From Octopus sinensis (taxonomy: Eukaryota), in contig NC_042997.1 in NCBI RefSeq assembly GCF_006345805.1, positions 159,154,001 through 159,218,000 on the forward strand: a DNA stretch of 64,000 nt. Reading direction: 5' to 3'. This document shows, piece after piece, positions 11,683-24,800 of this stretch. Position 1 is the first letter of the stretch, and each line of letters starts with the position of its first letter. The notes beneath the pieces were generated by a model. It made no database searches, was not told the DNA's origin, and saw only the letters and a program-made list of their open reading frames with translations. A program made the position numbers and the translations under genes.

Positions 11683-12499
11683 TATTTTAAAGAGCACGGG
11701 AGATTGCACCTATGGTCGCACAAGTTTGAAACACCTCCTTAGATATTTGATAAAATGAAGTAACCACATTGCTAAGCTCCCACGTTCAGTAAGTTCAATG
11801 AGAAAATACCACCACCACTCACATAATGTTACAGCAACATGTGATATATGAAGACTGCATGAAAAAATATGAAGAATGTGAGAAACAAGATCAACTGGTG
11901 ACGGTTGGTATATAATTAATCAAATGTCAAGAAAAGGATTTTAACATAGAGAAAGAAAATTGATAAAGCTGACCTCAAGAGGGTTTGAAATCAGAACAAA
12001 ATCATAAGAAATACTACTACGAAGAATTTTTCTGATGCTTTAATGAGTCTAATAATAGTTTCTAATTTAAGCAGAAGATCAGCAATTTTAAAGGGAAGGG
12101 TTAGCTAATTAAATTGACCTAATTCTTGGCTAGTACATTATTTTATTGACCTCAGAAGGATGGAAAGTAAAACTGGCCTTTGGTGGGATTTGAACTCATA
12201 ATATAAAGAAGAGAAATAAATAACACAAAGCACTTTCTCCAATGCTCCAACAATACTACCAATTCACAATGATGGTGACCTTTAAGATTTTAATCCATCA
12301 CCCAGTTTAACAGCCCACTTTCAACCCTCAGGTTCCTTTAGCAAAGTACACTGTTCCAAGCATTTAATATTGATACCATGGAAACTTAATATACTGAAAG
12401 ATGACTCCACCACGACATGAAATTGATATTCCCCAATTTTGAAAAGAAAGAAAATAAAACATTATTAGGGACCATTATTATTATTATTATTACCATTAT

Positions 12500-12920
12500 T
12501 ATTAAGGCAGTGAGCTGGCAGAATTTTTACCACATTGGCAAAATGCTTAGTGGCATTTCATCTGTCTTTTCATTCTGAATTCAAATTCCACCACTTTGCC
12601 TTTCATTTTGGGGCTGATAAAATAAGTACCATTTAAGTACTAGGATCAATGTAACCAACTAGCCCCAACCCCCAAAATTTTAGGCCTTGTGCCTATCATA
12701 GAAAGGATCATTTCTATTATTATTGTTAAAGTAGTAAGCAGGTAGAATCATTTGCAAATCAGTATTTGTTCTGGATATTTATGCTCCGAGTTCAAATCTT
12801 GCTGAGGTCAACTTTGCTTTTCATTTTCTTGGGGTTGGTAAAATAAGTACTAGTAAAGTACTGGGCTCAAAGTAACCAACTGGCCCCTCTCCTCAAAATT
12901 ACTGACCTTGAGCAACAAAT
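12500..12920 (+). mobile_element. Two diverged family B SINEs in tandem
   Basis: GGCAGTGAGCTGGCAGAA head, GAATTCAAATTCC / GAGTTCAAATCTT B-box, AAATAAGTAC domain; two copies. Confidence 0.65.
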
Positions 12921-14083
12921 AGAAAAAATTATTGTAAGCATTCTCACATCATCAAAGATTGCATTTTAGATTTACCTGTGTTGCATTCCTAGAAATAATA
13001 TCAGCTGATTTTCTTTCAAGTCTTTAATTAAGCTAAAAGGACTAAAAAAATTTTTCTCTGGGATTATGAAAAAAAAATCATTACAAGTGAGAAGTGGGAA
13101 AGTCCCAGCATTAATAAGCAAAATGTCTGTAAATTTAACCACTGTGCATGTGTGTATGTGTGGGCAGTCAATGTGTGTGTATGTGTGTAAGGAAAACAAT
13201 TCACAACCAAAAAGAAATTTTCAAAAACTACATTGACAGACACTGCTATTCTAAATTCAACATCACCTGAAGGTTAAACAATACATTTACATTCTTTAAC
13301 AAAGCAATCAGACTTCATTTGCTTCATATCTAATTAATTAAATGATTAATCAAAAACAAAGTTAATTGTGTGTTAATTGACAAGTTGTCATTCTACTGAA
13401 GACAAGTCTTAAAGGTAGTATAGAAAGAAATTTAGATACGAGATAATTTTTTTTTTTTTTTTGACTAATAATAAAGGTCCTTTATTTCAAGAATGAGGAG
13501 GAATAGGAAGAACACTTTGATGCTCAAACATTTCCTAAAGGAGTATTGAGGTATAAATAATACAATGTGGTTTCAATCAGCAGTAAAAACTGAGTCAAAG
13601 TTTAGACTCTCCTGAAAGTGATTCTCTTGCTTTGAAGACACTCACCAAATGTAAATACAATATAAAGACATACATGATTTTTAAAAGAAAATTTGATCTG
13701 TTTCTAAATAAACATTCAGATTGAAAATCATAAAACAAATCAAGGTGTGTAGATACAGATTAGAACTCAGTTCCATAGGTACTGTCAGAGGTCTTATTTT
13801 TCTCCTAATTCTCCTATATAATCTTAAACTAAAATTATCTCTACATAATGGTTTATCAATTCTAGGATTCATTTTGATTAACTTATGAAATAATAATATT
13901 AGATTATTCACTAATTGAAGTCATCTGATGTCTAAGGTAGAATAGTGATAAATCAGGTTTTACTTAATTACAAAATATTAATGCTAAAGCAACTAAAAAA
14001 ATGAAATATCTCAGTCATTTCCATTTATGGGATCATCTACAACCTACAGTTGGTCTACTATATATATATATATATATATATAA

Positions 14084-14334
14084 ATAGTTATCGCCAAGCT
14101 AACATGGCAGTCCAAGAAAATAGGACAAATGCTGCCGTTGATTAGCTCCAAGAGGACATCGCCTCTAGCTATCTATATGACACACAAACCTGTGTCCGTT
14201 ATAACCTTCAAACAGAGGGGGTCAGTAGCAGAAGGTTATAATGGACACAGGTTCATGTGTCACATGGCTAACTAGAGGCAATGGCTTCTTGGAGCTATTT
14301 TCCTAGACTGCCATGTTAGCTTGGTGATAACTAT
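14084..14334. mobile_element. Palindromic MITE (possible PIF/Harbinger type)
   Basis: The whole element is an inverted repeat: ATAGTTATCGCCAAGCTAACATGGCAGTC... / ...GACTGCCATGTTAGCTTGGTGATAACTAT. TAA on both flanks (14081-14083, 14335-14337). Confidence 0.8.
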
Positions 14335-14372
14335 TAATATCCAGTACCGCTGGATATAGAGAGACTTAGAAA

Positions 14373-14375
<3 letters not shown>

Positions 14376-14453
<78 letters not shown>
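14376..14453. repeat. Compound (TA)n(GA)n microsatellite
   Basis: Direct inspection. Confidence 0.95.
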
Positions 14454-14457
<4 letters not shown>

Positions 14458-14569
14458 ATATTATATTATGTGTATATATATATATATACATTCAGTATTC
14501 AATGGTCTGAAAAAAAGGCTACTCAGTACCATAGTGGTAATTAATAATATATTTTATTTTAGTTGAGTC

Positions 14570-14669
14570 AGTTTCTTACTACTCTGAGTTTCACCTGTAG
14601 GTGTACAGGATTTTCAGGCCAGTTAAGATCTCGTATACCAACAGGTGAAACTCAAAGTAACAAGAAACT
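14570..14669. other. 100-nt hairpin (pre-miRNA-like or tiny fold-back element)
   Basis: About 45-bp stem with few mismatches and G-U pairs, closing a 10-nt loop at 14615-14624. Confidence 0.6.
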
Positions 14670-15178
14670 AGCTGAATGAAAGTAAAATATATATAAAGAA
14701 ATTCACTTTAATCATCTGTTTTTCCACTTAATGCCATCGACTGTAAAATGAAAATCTTCATATTTTATTCATTAAGAAAAGATTAAATTCTGAGTTTTGT
14801 AATAGTTATGGACATTGATCTTCATTTGTAAATGAAGCCATAAATATTTAGTTAAAACCAAGATGGTTAAACAATTCACTTATCATTTAATGGTATGAAA
14901 TTTGTCTTTCTCTTCTGCATCTTTGAGGCTAGACTAGTCTTAGGGATAATTTTGCATTTTACATTGTATTTGAATTGATAATGTGATTAATATTACAAGA
15001 TTAATATTAATTTCATCAACACTAGGAGCCAGTTATTGGTTGAATTCAAACTTAGAAGCAAGGGTGTTGAAAATACTGTAACCAACACACTTAATTTCAC
15101 ACCAATGTTTAAATTGTTTATACCATACTTCATAATTTTATTACTGAAACTGCCCAAGAGAAATTTTGATATATATAA

Positions 15179-15392
15179 CCCTTTAACATTCAAATTTCTC
15201 TATCAAATGTAATACATATTTATTCACATTGTTTTGAATTAATCATGCATTACCTTGCTGCTCTGAGATTTTAATGATGTGATTGCTTACTTTTAGAATA
15301 ACATTGTAGTGTAGGTGTAAGAGACCAGAATCTAGAAAATTTGAACATAAAACATGTAGAATATTTTGGCCAGATATGGCCGGTTTAAAGGG
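15179..15392. mobile_element. piggyBac-type MITE
   Basis: Begins CCCTTT after ATAA and ends AAAGGG before TTAA. Confidence 0.5.
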
Positions 15393-17116
15393 TTAAAGAA
15401 TAATATACTTTGATATAGTTAAAAGAAGAAATGCTTGGGTTTTTTTAAAACCTTAATTGCAGTCAATTTAATTTAATGTTTATACTTCTGTTATCAACTC
15501 CACCATGTTAGTAGAGTTGCAGAATAAAGTTGGTAGTTGCTGTACTGGAAGGCGAAACTATTTACAGCTATGTATATTCAGTCTAACATTCTAAAGACTC
15601 AGTAAATAAATCTTAAATCTAAATCTGCACACTAATATTTTCCATCCTAATTACAAAGAATTTGGCAACAATAAAGAAAAAGTTGAAATAGATGTAAACT
15701 ATAACAATTTTTTAAATTGAAAGAAAAGAGAGAGATACAGAGTCACAGATAAACAGATAGAGAGTTTAAGAGAGACAAATATACAGACAAAGAGTTTAAG
15801 AGAAACAAATAGACAGACAGAGAAAGAAAACATTTACAAGAGAGAGAGAGATTTTCAGATTGATAACTATAGTGATGATGATTTAGAGAAAGAAAAATGA
15901 CTTTCAAATGAACACTGAGGAAATAAAAGAATAAACAGTTTGTTGAATGAAAAAATATCTTACAAATTTGGTTTATGAATTTTTATTCCAAGAGGTTACA
16001 CATTAATAAGATCATTAATTCTTCCAATAAATATAATTCTAGTGAAACTGAAGCAAAACTAAAACATATCACAAAGGTGTTAAATGGGTTGTCTTTTATA
16101 TCTGACTATTTTTGTATGTATGTGTGTGTATGTGTAAAAGAGAGAGAGAGAGACATGCAGATAGAATAAAGAGAAAAAGGTGAGTTTCCTTTTGTTATGT
16201 ACACTAAGTTGTAGTTCCCACCATCAAAGGTCCATCTGATTGTCCTGGCATAGAATCAGCTACAATTTTTTTTTCTTCATTCACCTTAACAAGATTCATA
16301 ATCAACCCACAAAATTGGTTTCAGGCATCCAAAAATGGTCAAAGTTATAGAAAAAAATAGATGCCATTTACATTGCAGATAATAGCTGAAACAATTTCAA
16401 AATATTGGATGCAAACACATAGCAGTGATGGAATTGATACAGATAATATTATCATGGTGTTAATGATAATAACAATGAGGATGATGATGTTGCTTTTGTC
16501 AAAGTATTGTCTTAATTTTAAATACCATTAATTACATCCTTTAATGAAACCATTACATTGATTGATTTTAAGCCAGGGTACAGAATGCATGTTCCAATAG
16601 CTTACTGGACTATGCTGTTACGGATAACATATCAGCTTCAATTATTTGTCAACAATCTTTTCAGTTTGCTTACCTATCTAGAAATTAATGAAAAATTATA
16701 CAAAGATGGAAATTTTGGATCTTTTAAAGCTTCCTGCATTAAGCGTGCTAACTTAACTATTATTCCCAATCAGCCAGCCAACTAGGTATATCAGCCAACA
16801 CTCCCTTCAACTGCAGATCACAGGTTTTTCAGACAGAGATTTCATGTCATATCTTGTAGTTTACTTAAAATATTGTTAGTGAAATATAAGCAGCAGAGAT
16901 GTGTGACAAAACATTCCACAATTCAGAATAGACATCTAAAAATAAATAAATAAATTTGTTGAATATTTTACAGTAAATGAAGCCCAGTCGAGAAAGGTGA
17001 TGTTTTTAAATTAATTTTTTTTTTTTTTTGCCTTTAAACATTTTTTTATGATCTGAAAATTAGAGCTGATTTAGGACAAATTATTGAATAAATATTTTTT
17101 CTCTTTAATTATAGCA

Positions 17117-17152
<36 letters not shown>

Positions 17153-17679
17153 CAAGACAGATTAGAGAGAAAGCAAGAGATAGGTATAGTGATTGTGTGC
17201 ATGTGTCTGTGTGTGAGAATGAACATCAAATCTGAAGAACTCATGGTTGTCCTTTTTAACACTACATTATTAAAGAATAATCGCTACCAAAATACACAGA
17301 TTATATAATACATATAGTTATCATAATGAGTGCTTTATGTATGATGTGTTTTATACATGACTATACAAACATATTGAAATACTATATATTAACTTCTGAA
17401 CAGGAATTCATATAAATATGTATTACACGTTTGTTTGGTAGTTTTTTTTTTTGTTTTTTTTTACCTTTACTGCAAAATATAACAGCATGAAACACTACAA
17501 GACAAAAAATTAAATAAGGAAAGTAAAATTAACCAACGTTATTTAGAAATGTAATTAACATTAGTGTGTATACTATAGTTTAGTTCTCAAGAAATTTAAC
17601 GACCGATTCTCAGATTCTTATAATATTCTAATACCATCTGACAATACACACAATTACATTCAAACACATTTATACAGAG

Positions 17680-17710
<31 letters not shown>

Positions 17711-18544
17711 TATTGTTTATCTTCTACTAGTTTAAATCATTAGACTGCAGCCATGAGTTTAGCCAAACAGTGACCCGTGTACTTATTTTGAAAGTCCTGG
17801 TTCTTATCCTGTTGGTCTCTTTTGCCAAAGTGCTACGTTACAAGGATATAAACAAACCAACATCAGTTGTCAAGTGGCAGTAAGACAAACACACAGACAC
17901 ACATATGAATGCATGTTTGTATATATATATATATGACAAGTTTCCACTTGGTTTCCATTTACCAAATTCTTTCACAAAGCATTGTTTAACCTGGGGCTAT
18001 AGTATAAGACACTTGCCTAAGTGCTATACAATGGAACTGAACCTAAGCAAGCTTCTTAACCACTCATCCATACTATACTATAAACATTATTTAACTACAA
18101 CCACTCAAATACTAGGTATCTTTTTAACAATATTACATCAAGTAAATGAAATATCGAAAATATTTAACAATCTTTGATAAAAAATTTATGATGCCTACTT
18201 CAAAGTGAAATAACACTTTGTAATAATATCTAACAAGTTTAAACAAATACATATATGTATATTACATTTTTAAAACAATCATATTTTCACATTTCATCAC
18301 TGGCATTACTGTCATTGCCATCATCATTACTACAGCATGGGCTGTCACTCTATAGCTTGATAAAATTTTATTTATTTTTATATAGTGTGTATCGAAGTTT
18401 TCGGAATAGGCACACTGTATGCTGGCATGTCATAAGAGGTAACTAAAAGGATTTCTAAGAGAAAAGGCTTTCTCAAAAAGTGCCAGCCAACCCATACCAG
18501 CATAGAAAAGGGAATCTAAAAATCACAATGGCAATATATATATA

Positions 18545-18576
<32 letters not shown>

Positions 18577-20261
18577 GATGTACTGTTCCATGATAGAAAG
18601 ATCAACAAAAAACGTACTCCATCTAGTGAGAGATAAATATTATTTATTTAAAAGAGATAATAAGTGCTACTAATAGTTTCATATGTTGAGAAATATCTTA
18701 AACATATTCATCAGGCACAAGCCACATATAATGAACTGATATATATATATATATATAATGATAGTCATATTTGTGGCCAATTTTAAAGAACTACTTTACA
18801 GAACCCTTTATTTCTAATTCTCAGAAATTCCTATATTCACATTCTGCTTAATTCAAATAGAGCAGTAGTATCTGGGTTTTTTTTTTATTTGTAAACTATG
18901 TTCTGCTGTATTATAGTTTCAGTCATGTCACACTAATATGCTATTACGATTGACATTTTTCTACTCGTAACAAATGTAGTACGTAGGTGGAGTATGACAA
19001 ATGCAATGTAAGAAACAAAAAGAAATATTAAAATAATTTAATCATTTAGTGCTAACTCTTACTTGAAATCAAAATTAGAAAATATAAAAAAATCACATCA
19101 CAATCGTTTTTGTCAAGAAAGTCTCTGCGTAACATTGATAACATTAATTTATTCAGATTTTCAAAATTGTTTCTAGGGTTCACAAACAACAATCCCAGAT
19201 TCCTAGTCTTAGTTGTTTAAATGAGTGGAGGAATGAAGGGAAGTTTGGTAAAGAAACAAAGTAATAATGATAGAGCATATTTAGAAAAAAATTTTTTAAA
19301 TATAACGATATTACATAGTCATTAGAACAGATACATAATTTGTAATACTCAAGTCTGATTTCAAAAGACAATGTAATATTTCTAAATAGGAATTAAAATC
19401 ATGTAGTTATTGTTGCTTAGTGTCACGTCAGACTTGATTGACCAAACTATAACCAAGAGTGTGTCTGCTATGACCAACTATCTTTGTTTTCAGTGCATGT
19501 AGGACTACATTATTCACTGCGTCCTTTTCTTGATGTAGGTGGAATGATTAGATTTGAGAAAGATTTGACTGCTTTTTCTAGCAAACTAAGAAACCAAGAA
19601 AGGGCTCCCTTTGGTGGCTCATAAAACCAAGTAGTAACTATGACCAATTACAGTGTGCGTAGCAAAAGTCATAATATTAAGTCAATGTTTCAAACACGCC
19701 AAATGCAGTAGCAATAAAATCAGAAAATAACATATTCGTTCTTGATATTTTAGGTTTACTTTGCAAGGGAGGTAACTATCAACAAATAACATGAAATCAG
19801 ATATTTTATTTTTTGCTTTTTATCTCTTTTTTCTTTTTAGTAGATTTTATCGTTTATACACAGGAATACATCAACATATTAATAACATCGGCGCAAAGCC
19901 ATACATTTAAGGAGAGAGAGAGAGGGAGAGAGAGAGAGAGAGAACATATACGGTCAATTGGCACTTTATTTTAATAGCCCCTTCCACTCCTCTGGAGAAG
20001 GGTGAAAGGCAAATGACCATGGCAGAAGTTGAACTCAGCATATAAATAGATGTTGCTAGCTAAAACTGTAAGGCATATTTTTGTCCAGCTCTCTACTAAT
20101 TCTGCGATATACCGTCCTTCAACGGTATATCGTTAACACAATATAAAACATCGAGAGTTTTATGAATGCCAAGATTTCAATAAGAAATAACCACATAACA
20201 AAAACATATTTAAACTACTTCCTTAATGTGTCTAAATCTAATATGTACAGTTAGTTAACTA

Positions 20262-21103
20262 CCGTAAATCCTTGAGTATAGTCCACCCTTGAGTATAATA
20301 CGCTGAGGATTTTTAGGGGGCTGTACCTCTGAAAAACCTAAACCTTGTGTATAATATGCACCCCTTCTCTAACTTGAGTCAAGGAGGTTTTTTTTCATGC
20401 TAAGAGTTGCTGAAGCATGGAACAAACTGCCGGCATCAGTTGTTAGTTGTCGGAGCACTGCATCCTTCAAAACTTCCAGGCTTCTTGAGATTCGCCAACT
20501 CTACACCTGATTTTCTCCCCTCCATACACACGCAAGCATATATCTAGCTCATACACTGTTCACTTTCCAGACATTTGTACATTACTGCATATACTTTATG
20601 TGCACTTTTGACAAGTTGTGGTGCACCTGAGCACTGTATACAATAATTTCATTATTATATAACGTCCTTGGTTTGAAAAAAATGTATACATCTATTATTA
20701 TACATTATAAAAATGTATATTATACATTACAAATTATATTATACATTATAAAAATGTATCCTTTATTATTATTGTATATATAATATAATGCAAACGTGTA
20801 GCTTTTTTGTGCATTTTGTTTGCAGAAAATAAAGAAATAACAGTAATAACATTTAATAATTGTTGCTTACTGCAAGTTATGGATGATTCTTTTATGACTT
20901 CATCGCTTTCAGGCTTAGCTTAAGGTATTTTCGTGCCTGACATCACAAAATGCAAATGAATAAACATTGCCGGACAGCAAATAGAGACTCGGACATTGCT
21001 TAGAAAATAGTTTTTCATTTTTAACCTTGTATATAGTATGCACTAGGGATTTTGACCTTTAAATTTTGGGAAAAAAATGCGGATTATACTCAAGGACTTA
21101 CGG
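20262..21103. mobile_element. Tc2/pogo-group non-autonomous DNA transposon
   Basis: TIRs CCGTAAATCCTTGAGTATA and TATACTCAAGGACTTACGG; TA at the left end. Confidence 0.75.
20396..20660 (+). mobile_element. CR1-clade LINE 3' fragment nested in the DNA transposon
   Basis: Translation RVAEAWNKLPASVVSCRSTASFKTSRLLEIRQLYT* matches the CR1 C-terminal WNxLP...SFK motif, followed by a 3' UTR and an ATT-rich tail. Confidence 0.7.
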
Positions 21104-21495
21104 CATTTAAACTACTCCCTTAATGTGGCTAAATCTAGTATGTACAGTTAGATGAATGACTACTTTTCTATGAGTCAGAGCTACACATTGATTATCATTA
21201 TCCAGTCAGCTTCCAGTACAATGGAACATTGTTATTAATTATGGTATACAGAGCATATGTAGTACAAAAACGAATATAAACACAATTATAAATGATGAGA
21301 TCCTACATACTTTTAACCCTTGCAGTTATTTGGATCTCAACACTGGATGTTCAAAGTGGGTTTGGATGCCTTACGAAGTGTTACCCTGATAACCCCCTGT
21401 GGTTAGGCATCCAAATGCACTTGGTACATCCAATACCCAAGTTCCAAATAACTCTAATAGTGAAACATACATAGGAACTAATCATTTAGAATTTA

Positions 21496-21818
21496 TCTTT
21501 TACGTGCTTGTCATGAGACTGTGGCCAAGCTGGGGCACTGCCTTGAAGTATTTTGGTCAAGCAAATTGACCCCAGTATTTAATTTTTTAAACCTGGAACA
21601 TATTCTATCCAAACCAGTTACAGGACAAACACACACACATACGTAGATATATAAGACAGGCTTCTTTCAATTTCCATCTACCAAATCCACTCACAAGGCT
21701 TTGGCTGGCCTGAGGCTATAGTAGTAGAAGACACTTGCCTAAGGTGCCACACAGTGGGGCTGAACCTGGAACCATGTAGTTGGGAAGCAAATGTCTTACC
21801 ACACAGCCACACCTGTGC
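21496..21818 (-). mobile_element. Family A CORE-type SINE
   Basis: AGACACTTGCCTAAGGTGCCACACAGTGGGGCTGAACCTGGAACCATG...CCACACAGCCAC. Confidence 0.8.
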
Positions 21819-24800
21819 ATAGTGTTTATATTAATTTTCCACTACATATGCTCTGTATCTAAATCTATTTAGATAAAACTAATAAAACAGTCTAGCAGAA
21901 CAAGGTCAATGCTGTTGTCTTGATTATTTGTATTTTTTGCTTTGTTTTTTCTTTTTTTTTTTACGGTTTAGAAAGAAATAGAGAGGATTTGAGAAATATA
22001 AGAAAAACTTTGAATGAGATAAAAGAAAAAAAAGCATCACCAAAGATCTATATTATATATTAGATTGTTATACATTACACTATATTTTATCGGATTATTA
22101 TACAGTATTATATTAGCTTACAGTTCTCCAATGTGTGACTAAAGGAACTTAGTGAATTTATCACAGATTTCAACTTGTAAAATATTAATAAATAAGTTAT
22201 AAATAACCTCAAAGAAATAATTATACTTTCTGACATAGACACAAAGCTTTAAAATCTTTTTTTTTTTTACTTTTCTTTTCTTTTTTACTTTTCTATCTTT
22301 CTTTTCTTTTGGTCTTTTGGAAAAGAAAACTGGGAAATTGTAATGTTCATGTGTTTTTTTTTGGTTTTCTGAGAGTATTAGTGTTAGTGACATATGTGAA
22401 GAGAAAAATTTGTTCTGACAGTCAGATGGTATCAGATCTCAGCCTTGGGTTAGCTGAGGGAGGAGCTTACCTCTTGCTAAACAGCACTCACTGCTCTATG
22501 AAAAAAGCAGCAGCAGCAGTAGTAGTAGTACTAGTAGTAGTAGTAGTTGTGAGATCAAGGTTTCATTTTCATTTTTCTTTTGTTTTTTTTTTTTGTTTTC
22601 TTTTTTCGAAAAATTATGTTACAAAGTTATAATCTCTTTGTGTAAAATGTTAAAATATTGTCTAAATATATGGTGTTGCAAAATAACAAGAGAGAAAAAT
22701 AAAAAAGAAAAAAACAACAAAAAAAAATCATTTGATGGAAAATATTTCCTCGATTACCACCATCATCATTATCAATATCATTCAATAAAAATCAGTTTTT
22801 ATTTATTTATTTTTTAATCTCTGCACATTGATACAAAGATGGAACGGCTTTCTATAGAAGAATCTATCCTTTCATCAAAATCAATGGCATTTCACATCAG
22901 CAGACTGAGTAAACTGACCACATCCGTAGTGATGATGATGATGATGGTATTAGTGGTGGTGGTGGTGATGAAGATGATGATGATGACGATGATGATTATG
23001 GCTCACAGAATGGAATTGTTTGACTTCCATATGAGTTAATGTTGTTTACATAGAAGTCAAGTTAGACAGACGCTTTATATACACAAGCTGAAGATTAGAA
23101 CGTAGCAGAAATATATCATTTTGTAGATCGATATTTTACATGGAAGAAATATGTGTACTTGTACATGATAGTATGTGTGTGTGTGTAAGACTATTGTAGT
23201 ATATGTGAGCACTTGTGTGTGAGTGTTTGTATTTGGACAAGCTGCGGATTAATGTCTCATGCTTGATGCACACCAAGTGTTGTTATGTGTATTTGTGAGT
23301 CTAATCTTGAGACTACTTGTATCAGTATCTATCTACCTACCTACCTACATATATACATACATATATATACATACATACATATATATGAACAAATATCCTT
23401 CATTACCCAGTTGTATATTATCAATGAGTTTCTCAGATATCAACAAGTCACTACGGCGTTCAATTGAACAAAATACTTTTGTAGATCATTGATCACACAA
23501 CTTCATTTCAGGACAAAATGTGCCACTTGAAGCCCGCTGCTACAGCTCAAAACACACAGCATTGCAAAAATATATTTGCCACCAAAAAAAGCTTGTATCT
23601 AGATTCTAATTTTAGCTGGAGTTTGTTTTTATTTTATTTTTTTTTATTTTAATTTATATACAGATGCTTCTATTGATATTTTAAAATAGATTGAGTTATA
23701 TGTAAATAACTATTTACAGAAAATACTGTTTTTTTTTTATAAATCAAGAACTGATAAGATGATATCACTGTCAGCCTTTTAGGAAGAAAACATTTTCAGT
23801 TTGTGTCCAAACTTATTATTATCATTATTATTATCATTATTAATTATTAATTATTATTATTATTATTTATAGATAGCTGCTCCATAAACAAATGTATATA
23901 TGTTTTAAAACTATAAAGTAGACCTATAGAACAACGCTATATGGGTTCAGTCAGGGTCAGCTTTAGGATGATTGGACAAATCAATGCCTATAAAGGCCTA
24001 CACTTACTAGGTTTTATGAAATGCACCTTTCAACGGATCATTCAACACAATTTCTCCTTCACTTCTATACAGTTTTGCATATGCAAAATAGGAATAAAAT
24101 TTAGCATGGATCCTCTTGGTAGCTTTCATATTAACCTAGATTTCCAATCTAAGAACCTCAATTGGGTTAGTGCTCTAAAGAAGAGCCAGCAAAATATTTT
24201 CCAATTAGATCCTACAGTTCTTTGAGCTGCCTCTGGCTTTAGACATTTAAATATAATATATATATATATACATATATATAATCACAAAGCAGAGAAACAT
24301 CTGATCTAAAAGTCATTACATCTTAAAACAATATTTTATATAATACGGTTAATTATTTTATTAAGTCGCAGAAAGTCATCTTTAAAAAATGACATAGCAT
24401 CAACAGCATTTTACCAAACATCTTTCATTTCATTTGCCTTGTTATTTGTGATTTTTTCTTCTTTTTTTTTGTTTTGTTTTGTTATTTTGCACAGCATGTG
24501 GTCATCATTGAAAGCAAGGCCACAAGGGCCGACAATCAGCACTTGGTTGAAAAAAAAAAAGAAAATGAAATAAAGTAGAAAGCAACATTTTTCTACCCTT
24601 CCACCCTTAAAAAAAAAAAGTGGGGACAGCAAGAGTAAAATTCTTACACCTCCTGAATAAATTAATCACTATAAAAACTAAAGAAACCGTTGCTTCTAGA
24701 TCAAGCATGGGCAACCTTTATTCAAGAAGCTGGCTGCAAGGCTCATCATCAAGAAGACTGCACTGCTACAATATTTGCAGTAATTTTTCATTTAGGTATG

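Noticed and set aside
14106-14135. GTCC-AAGAAAATA-GGAC resembling the Schistosoma hammerhead stem II
   Set aside because: No CUGANGA upstream and no G12; it is just a hairpin in the MITE.
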